A DNA stretch of 64,000 nucleotides from a virus. Its lineage: Duplodnaviria > Caudoviricetes. The translations under genes and the position numbers were made by a program. Under the pieces are notes generated by a model. It was not told the DNA's origin and ran no database searches. It worked only from the letters and a program-made list of their open reading frames with translations. Location: positions 17,472-81,471 of the IMG/VR virus record IMGVR_UViG_3300017569_000030. The stretch is one strand, 5' to 3'. Each line of letters begins with the position of its first letter. Position 1 is the stretch's first letter. Below, piece after piece: positions 55,718 to 64,000 of the stretch.

Positions 55718-58714
55718 ATGTCATTAGTAAGAAAATTAGCGGAAGGAGGAAATACTCCAACAACATATAAAATGTATGGTAAAACATACAATTTTGATGA
55801 TTTTCAACGATCTTCGGATGAAGGATTAGATGAATATCTATCTAATTTAAAGAGAGGAGAAAAGGATCGTGATTAGTTTATCGAAGCATATAATAATATG
55901 ATGTCTGGTATTAAAGACGGAACTATTACTTTTGAAAATGGGTATTATCATGATTCAAAAGGTCGATATTCTAATTCTAAAAAGAAAAATAGAGATTATT
56001 ATGGGCTAATAGCCAACTATTTATATAGTAAACAAGGAAAACAAGGGGAAATCGAATCCAATTGGAATGGAAGTCAAAGTATTGGTAAAGATTTAATTAA
56101 GGAGATTTTTAATTCTAATACTGGAAATTTACAAGATTTTATTGACTTAGATCCTCTTGATAAGAAGACCAATAAACGAGGAATAGATAGAAGAGCTAGT
56201 TATTTATCTGATAAACTTCAAGAAATCTATAATACTTTTGATACCAGATATTCTGGATATACTGCTCAAGAAAAAGCTAATGCTTTAAGTAATATACAAG
56301 CTGCTATTAATGCTTTAAGTAATAAAACTATCGATGCTGGAGATTATCTAGCTTTAAGTAGAGCAGCAAGTGGTTTGGATTATCGTACAATGTTTGGAGA
56401 TGTTTCTAATACTCCTTCTATTATTCAAGATAGTGAAACTCCAACTATTAATGAACGAGTTACCCCTAATCAAAGAAATGGTCAAGGAAATAATCAAAAT
56501 AATAACTCATCTGAACAACTATCAGAAGATTAGTTTAACACTTGGATCGATTCACAATATAAACCTGTTACTAAATATGCTACAGGAACTTTAACGTTTA
56601 GCAAAACTGGTAAATGGACTTAGGATCAATTTAACAAAATATTAGGTTCTTTATCACAAGCACAAGTATATGGTATGATCAATAAATTATTTAATGATCC
56701 TACTTATAAGTTTAATAAGGATTCTGAAGTTACAAAACACTTTGGACAAGGATATACATTCCAAGTTGCTAATAACACAGCATTATTTGGATTACTTCAT
56801 TGGGCATAGCAAAAAGGATGGCTTGAAGATATAGGTAATGGTTCTTATTATATACCATATAGTCATAAAAACGGAAGAACTGGATGGTCTGTTAATCTAG
56901 ACACTAATCAATTACAAGAAATTGATAGAACTAAAGTTCCTTCTGTTCGCAAACAACTATCAAAAAGTTTTCAATAGTATTTTACTCAATCACATAAAAA
57001 CGGAGGTATTTTAAAAGCTCAAAATGGTACTTCTTTTAATAACATCTGGGCTGGTGATAACTCTGACACTGGTTATAGTACTTATTTAAATAGAATATTT
57101 AATAATACTAATGTATTAGATTGGATGAAAGGTAATTATAATGGAGATACCGCCACATCCGACTATTCTAATTACGTTAAACGTAATGTTGATCAAAGAC
57201 ATTAGTATAAAATAAATGATTACAATAATAGTTCTAAATACACAGCTAATGAAGGTGTTAGAACGTTTAATACTGGATATTAGAATAATGGTAATACATT
57301 GAATTATACTCTATTCGGAAATACTTCTGAAGACTATAATAATAAAACAGGTGGAGCTGCTTATAGTTTGATTAATTTCTCACGTCCTAATAAAGCGTTG
57401 AATACAGGTGATAGTTATAATTCTGATAAAGCTAAAGCTTATATTGATAATGCATTAGGACTTCAAACATATTCTAGAGTTGCATCACTTACTGATCCTA
57501 ATATTAAGACTGGAGGATTCGGTGATTGGGGCTCTTATTGGAAAGGATTAGGTAATACTGGTGCTTATTATTATGTTGCTGAAGGAGATACTTCTGGAAA
57601 AGGACAATGGATTCCTACTTCAGATACTTCTTTAAATAATTATCAAGCATTTGATAAACCTGCAGATTCTCAACCTGCAGTTGAAACTCCTACTGAACCA
57701 ACTAATGAAGGTCCGAGTTCAAATATTTATAGAACTCCAAATTCAAAAAATCAAGGTTCTCCTATTGGAAGTACAATAGGAAATGCACTAGGTACAGTAG
57801 CTTCTAATGGAGATTTAGTTGGAGCAGGAAGATTATTATATTCATTGAGAACAAATAATCGCGTTGCTAAAGTATTCCGTGATGCCTTACATCCACTATT
57901 AATAGATACTTATGAATTATATTCTCCTGTTACAGGAGCATTTAGTGAAATGTAGTTTAGAAATAGGCAAGCTGCTAATACACGTCGACTTGGAAGTAGG
58001 ATTGCGGCTAGTAATTCGGATGCATCTCTTGGAGCTGCTGCTATGTTAGATGCTAATAGGCAGGCTACTGATCTAGAGTATCAAGGATTCTTAGCGGATG
58101 ATAAGGAAATAAAGCGCACACAAGCAGAAGCTTTAGCACGACAAGAGGGTAATGCTTATCGTAGAACAGACGTTGCTAATAAGAATAGAAAATCTATTCA
58201 TGATACTAATATACAACGATCTGAATTAGAAGCAACCAGACTAAAATAGAACTGGCAATCTACTGATAATTTCTTATCAGGAATTGAACAACGACAAAGA
58301 GCTAAATATGCCAAGGATAAAGCACATAAACAACAATTTGATTATCAAGTTGCTGAGGATTAGCTTAATTCAGAAGTTAATAGCTATTTAACTCCAGAAA
58401 TGTCCAAAGTTGAAGCAGCAAGACAAAAACTTGCAACTGTTAATCCATCTAATACTACTGCTTATAATCAAGCATATAATGAATACTTAACAGCAGCACA
58501 ATCTTATTCTAAAAAGAAAAGTCAATTATCTAATTGGATTCAAGCAAGACAAAGAGCTAATTATGCAAATATATATGGATATAAATATACTAATCCATAT
58601 TTAAATTAGACTGCTGAACAATATTGGGATAAAAACTATGCTAGTTTACGTAATGGTGGTGCTTTAAAAGCAAGAAATATTATAAACAAAATAATTCATG
58701 AAAATCGTTCCTAA
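55718..58714 (+). CDS. Large cargo/ejection protein (998 aa)
   Basis: MSLVRKLAEGG; four track ORFs in one frame; TAA 58712-58714. Confidence 0.72.
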
Positions 58715-60572
58715 ATTTTAGAATGGGGGATTTGCTAGTTATTTTACAACATATCAACCAGTATAGGTGCCAAAAGTTGATACTGGAACTACTACAAAAA
58801 GTAGTGGTTCTAGTACATCAACTAAGTCTAGTAAAGAAAGTGATGATACTAAAGGTAAGTTAACAGAAAAGGATTTCTTTAATATGATTAAAGATATTGA
58901 TGGACTTCCTAATGAAATGACTGAAATAGTATAGAATCTTACTAGAACATTTTAGATATAGAATATAATGGGAATAGATACTTAGGATCTATCTACCACA
59001 TATCTTAAAAATTTATTATAGATTAAAATTGCTTCCTAGAATAAAGCAAAATACGATGAAGCTTGGAAAAATGCTTCTGAAAACGGTTCTATGGCTGAAC
59101 CTGCTATTGCTCTTAATGGCGATATAATGGTACAAACTAAAGATGGTTAGTTAACTAATGTTAATCTTCAAACTTATTATGCTAATAAGGATTAGTTAAC
59201 ACCATTGTCTGTGTCTTAGTTACTAAATCTACGCGCTCATTCTTCTGCTTCTAATTGGGATTAGAAAATATTCAATATTGTCAATAATAGTATGGGATAT
59301 GAGAGTTTTTAGGCTTTACTTGATAAGGCTAAAACAACTTTAGGATCTACAGAATACTCTGAAAAAGGCATACGCAGCAAGGATGCATTATTAGGATTAC
59401 AAACAGTTTAGGCTTTATCTCCTCAAGATAGAGAAAAATATATATAGTGGGCAATGGATGGAGTATATAATTATGATACTGCTTCATCTAACAATATTGA
59501 ATAGATTAATGCTCTGTTTAATTATATGATGTCTGTTTTACCACAACGAGCAAAGACTTGGGCTTCTATTAAAACTGGAATTGCTAATAGTGAAATTGCT
59601 GCTAGAGAATTAATTGGAGAATACTTAAAAACAGGAGCTATTTCTAATAGTCATTATAATGTTTCTTATGAAGGCTCAAGAGATAGTATATCTAAGGGTT
59701 CTTCCAAGTCTGGTAGTAAATCTGGAGGAATAGATAATACTGATGCAGGTTTCTGGACTCAATTACAAGCAGGTCAAGGAGGAGACGAAGCTCCTTATAC
59801 TATATTAAATGGAAAGGGAATGCAATCAATTACTGGTAAATATTATGGAGTAACTCCTGGGTTAGATAATAACAAATCATTAGGAGATTATATTTCTGAT
59901 TCCAAGGTTGGATATTTGATTAAAAATACGCATAATATTACTTTCGGAGATATTCCTATTTCAACAGATAGTTTTAATGATGTTATGATTAATGCAGCTT
60001 CTGGAGTCATGGCTGTTACCCTACCTAAAAAATTAGACGGAACAGTTGATTTATCTGTAGCAAAAACTTACAATGAAATAACCACACAACTACGTGATGA
60101 AGGTTTATAGGTAGGCACAGATTAGTATAAGAAGCGTATGGGCCAATTACTAAAAGATGCAAAATTATATACATTGTTAACTTCAGACGGGATGCCAAAC
60201 CCAGATAGATTTGGATTTTTCTTAGTTCTTACTGGTCTAACTAGTAAAAAGGTACAAGGAGTTGTAAATAAAACTAATAAATCTTTTGATGATATACAAA
60301 GCGATTGGGTAATTAATGCAGGGGATGATAATGGTTTATATGATACACTAAAGTAGGGATTAACTAATAAAGATAGAGGTGAATATGATGTAGATGCTGC
60401 GGGATATGGATTTATCTATAATGATGATCTGTATAAAGGTAACATTTATATACCTCTTAATATTAATCCAATTAATGCTAAAAATGCAGATGATAGTACT
60501 ATTTCTGATGCTGAGGCTAGGATCTATGAGAAGTTAACACAATAGAAATCAAATGAATCTATACAATTATGA
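58698..60572 (+). CDS. Cargo/ejection protein (624 aa)
   Basis: MKIVPKFQNGG; TGA 60570-60572 (ATGA overlap). Confidence 0.72.
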
Positions 60573-63500
60573 AATAGAATGATTGGATAGTAGCAAAGTT
60601 AAATAATCCAGACTACGATGTCTATGATTTTAAATATATTTCAGGTTTAACACTAGATAATACACAATTACTTCCTAAAAATGCTTATATTAATAGTCCT
60701 CTGATTACATCCAATTAGTAGTTTTAGAATGACAAAGGAGAATTTAAAGAATCAATGTTTGATACCTTTTATTCTAAATCAGCTTCGGATTTTTCTGATT
60801 TCTCAGCAGAAGATGAGATGGATAATTATCAATATAGTATGTGGGATGTTAGGAAACCTAAAGACGGAAAAGTAAAAAATCCTAATTTCTCATTAAATAT
60901 ATAGAATAATCCAGACCATGTAAAAATAGGAGCTTATGATTTTAATCAAATAACTCCCTCTGATAAATCAAGAAGAGAATTAGCATAGGAAAGTAAAATA
61001 TACGATCCTGCTACTAATACTTGGTCTGAGAATACTCTTAATGATATTTCTTTATTTAAAAATCCTATAAAATATATTGAATCTTTATTTGATGATCCAT
61101 TAGTATATGCTACTTATGATGAAGACACTTATGAAGTTGATCCTAATACAGGAAAATAGGTTCTTCATTAGAAAGGAGAATGGAAAATTAATGAAGATGG
61201 AGAATATTATACTGAAAAACTAAATGGAAGATCTTTAGTTGGAAAATCAGTAGTTTCATCTACTGATTATTTAACTAGTGAAGATTCTTCTGTAAATAAA
61301 TATGATTTCTTTGATTCGGATGGTTTAGATAAATCTGTAACAGGAACGATAGTTAAAAATTTAGCAGCTTATGCCCCTGTTTTAATTCCAGGTGTAGGTA
61401 CAGCTTATGCTGGATTAATGGTAGGCAGAGAAATAACTAAATCTTTACCTATGCTTTATGGTATGGTAACAGGTTTATCTGGTTCAGATAATACTGATTC
61501 TTAGTTATTAAATACTATTGCTGCTTATGGGCAGAAATTTACAGGAAGTACATCTGACTATTCTCAAAATAACACTTTTACTTTTGAGAATATTGGATCT
61601 ATGATTTCTGATGTTGCTCTTCAATGGGGACAATAGAGATTTATAGCTGATACTTTTTCTAAACTAACCACAGGCGGTGATCGTGCTATTAAAACTGCTT
61701 ACGTAAAAGCACAAGCTGACTATGCTAATAGAGTAGGGAAGGTGTTTGAAGATGCTTCAAAAGGTAAATTATCACTAGATCAATTAAGTAATTATATCGG
61801 GACAACTAATCTCAATAATATCAAATCTGATTTAATTGATTCCGGAAAATGGGTAGATTCTGTATTAGGAAAAGCAGCCATAAATAAATATGTTACTCCT
61901 GCACAAACTATTCTTAATAATAGAATAAAAACTGGTTAGGATTTATCTTTAGCTTATATGGCTGTCATATCTAATACAGACGTATATGATTCAGTACTTC
62001 AACATGGAGGAACTCCTTTTGAAGCGGCAGCTATTGCTTTAGGTAGCACTATAGGAATGTTTTCAGTTGATAAGTATCTTCACTTAGGAGAGGCTTTCTT
62101 TAATGAAGATTCTGCAAGAAAAGCCATCAGAACATCTGCGGTTAATAGTGCTAACGAACTTAGAAATACACTCGGATGGCAACAAGCTGTCGATACTACT
62201 ACAAAGAAAGGTATTGTTGGATTAATTCAAAAAGGTATTAATTCGGGTAAAAAAGCTGTTCAAAATTATGAAAATGCTTTAAAAGAACATACTCTTGGAT
62301 TTGCAGGAAAAGCTCTTGGAGAAGGTATTGAGGAAGTTAGTGAAGAAATCGTGACTGACTTAACCAAAACCTTAGGAGAATTAGCAGGACAACTTGGATA
62401 TTTTTCTCAAACAGATTATGGTGCTTGGGATAATGTCATGGAGAGATATGGAATGTCTCTTTTAGGAGGTGCTGCTGGTGGTGGATTATTCTATACTAAA
62501 TATGCTATTGATAATAGAGGAAGAGCTAATCAAGAATTTCAAAATGATCTTGTTTATTTAATTAGAAATGGTAAGAAAGATGAAGTTCTTGCAGAATTAG
62601 CTAAAATGAAAGATAATAATCAACTTGGTGATAAAAATCTATCTGTTGATACTACAACAGACGATAAAGGAAATAGAACCTACTTAACAGCAGATTCTGA
62701 ACATCAATCTCAAGCTGATTATATATATAATACTCTTGTATCTAATATAAATCAATTAGACACAATACTTAATGGAAGTGGTTTAAGATTAAATGAAGAT
62801 GAACTGTTTGATAAAATGGTTCAAGGTGAATATACTGCAGGAGCATTAAAAAAGTTTTTAGTGGATAATAAACAAATATCTTATATCACTAATTATTAGC
62901 AAGATTTCCAAAATTTAGCTAATTAGATAATTAATAAACAAAAAGAAATTTAGGAGCATATTAATAATACTCCAGATCCTTCTAAAAGAGGAACTGAATT
63001 TCAAGAGAAGCTATCCAAATTAAAACAAGAAGAATAGGAATTGATTAATCAGAGAGATTATTTATTTGGCGAAGGTTCTCTTGGATATGTTGAAAAAATG
63101 CTTTTTGCTATAGATTTAGGGGTTAGTGGTCCATTAGTCTCTTTGTCTAAAGAACAATATGCTAAAAATAATTTCGGAAAAGATATTTCTGAATTATCTG
63201 CTTCTGAAAAACAAACTCTTGATAAGTAGTTTGAAGACTATGAAAAAAATTCTAAGAAAACAAGCTTAGATACTGCATTTAAACTATTTAAGTCAATGCA
63301 GAAGAAAATTAACCCTTCTGTACAAGAGTTAAATTCGTTAGACTTATCTGAAAGTATTGCACAATTTAAACAGCTAATCGAAGAAGATCCATATTCTAAA
63401 TAGAAAGGTATTTACGATTTATTAGATGGCGAAACTGAAGAAGATTTAGCAGCTCTACAATAGCAAGAAGGAGAATCTGATGAAGATTATCAAAAACGAT

Positions 63501-64000
63501 TAAAAGAACGTGAAACTAAAGTTAAGGAATATAATCAAGCTCATATTAATGAATGGATTGATAAATTTACTAATTTAAATTTAGATAGACATCATTTAAG
63601 ACTCTTACATAGTAAAATGGGAGTATTAAAAAATGAAATAATTAAATCTATTGCTTCTAAGTTTATAATTCCTAATGAAACAGCTTTATCTAATTCTATT
63701 CGCGATGCTATAACTTCTGGAGCATCAGATGATGTTATTAGAAGTATTATCCGACAAAGTAAAGAGGATAAATATAAAAATTTATATGGAGAAATGCCTT
63801 TTATTGATCCTATTCTATTCAGTCGATTGTATAGAAAATTAGGAGAAGATAGAGGTAATGAAACTGATTATTTAATTTAGGGTGATATATATACTCTTTT
63901 TAATCAATGGTTAACTGAAAATCCAGATAATCAAGAATTATTAAGTGATTCTGAGAATTTAGGAACAAATTATGGGACAGTCTATAATAACTTTCTGAAT
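60569..64000 (+). CDS. Giant ejection-cluster protein, 3'-partial (possibly virion RNA polymerase associated)
   Basis: MKQNDWIVAKLNNPD start; open to the window end through TAGs. No polymerase catalytic motif seen in the window. Confidence 0.65.

Noticed and set aside
187-63880. Dozens of short + strand ORFs suggesting mass pseudogenisation
   Set aside because: They lie in shared frames separated only by TAG and merge into full genes under code 15.

Overview
A 64-kb segment of the late (virion morphogenesis) region of a crAss-like phage (Crassvirales; host probably Bacteroidetes). All genes are on the + strand and use a reassigned code (TAG = Gln, code 15), so the supplied ORF track is fragmented; I re-read the genes through TAG by hand. 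Order: terminase (5'-partial), portal split by one group I intron, fibre/structural genes, a tandem diversity-generating retroelement (DGR) locus, a small accessory operon, a DUF5675 lysin candidate, a scaffold-like gene, a major capsid protein (MCP) gene split by nine group I introns (five with homing endonucleases), capsid/ring/tail genes, and the ejection (cargo) cluster running off the right end. Best leads: (1) two different TR/VR pairs (target1-VR1-TR1-RT, target2-VR2-TR2) with only one intact RT, the second RT surviving only as about 35 codons fused to a third lectin fragment; (2) all 17 TR adenines followed by G are G in the VRs, including four synonymous sites, and TR2 carries an in-frame TAG usable only under the recoded code; (3) MCP intron 3 appears to end in A rather than the near-universal G, and introns 3, 5 and 6 look like copies of one another retargeted within the same gene. 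All coordinates, alignments and base pairings were derived by eye; family names come from motif recognition, not database searches.
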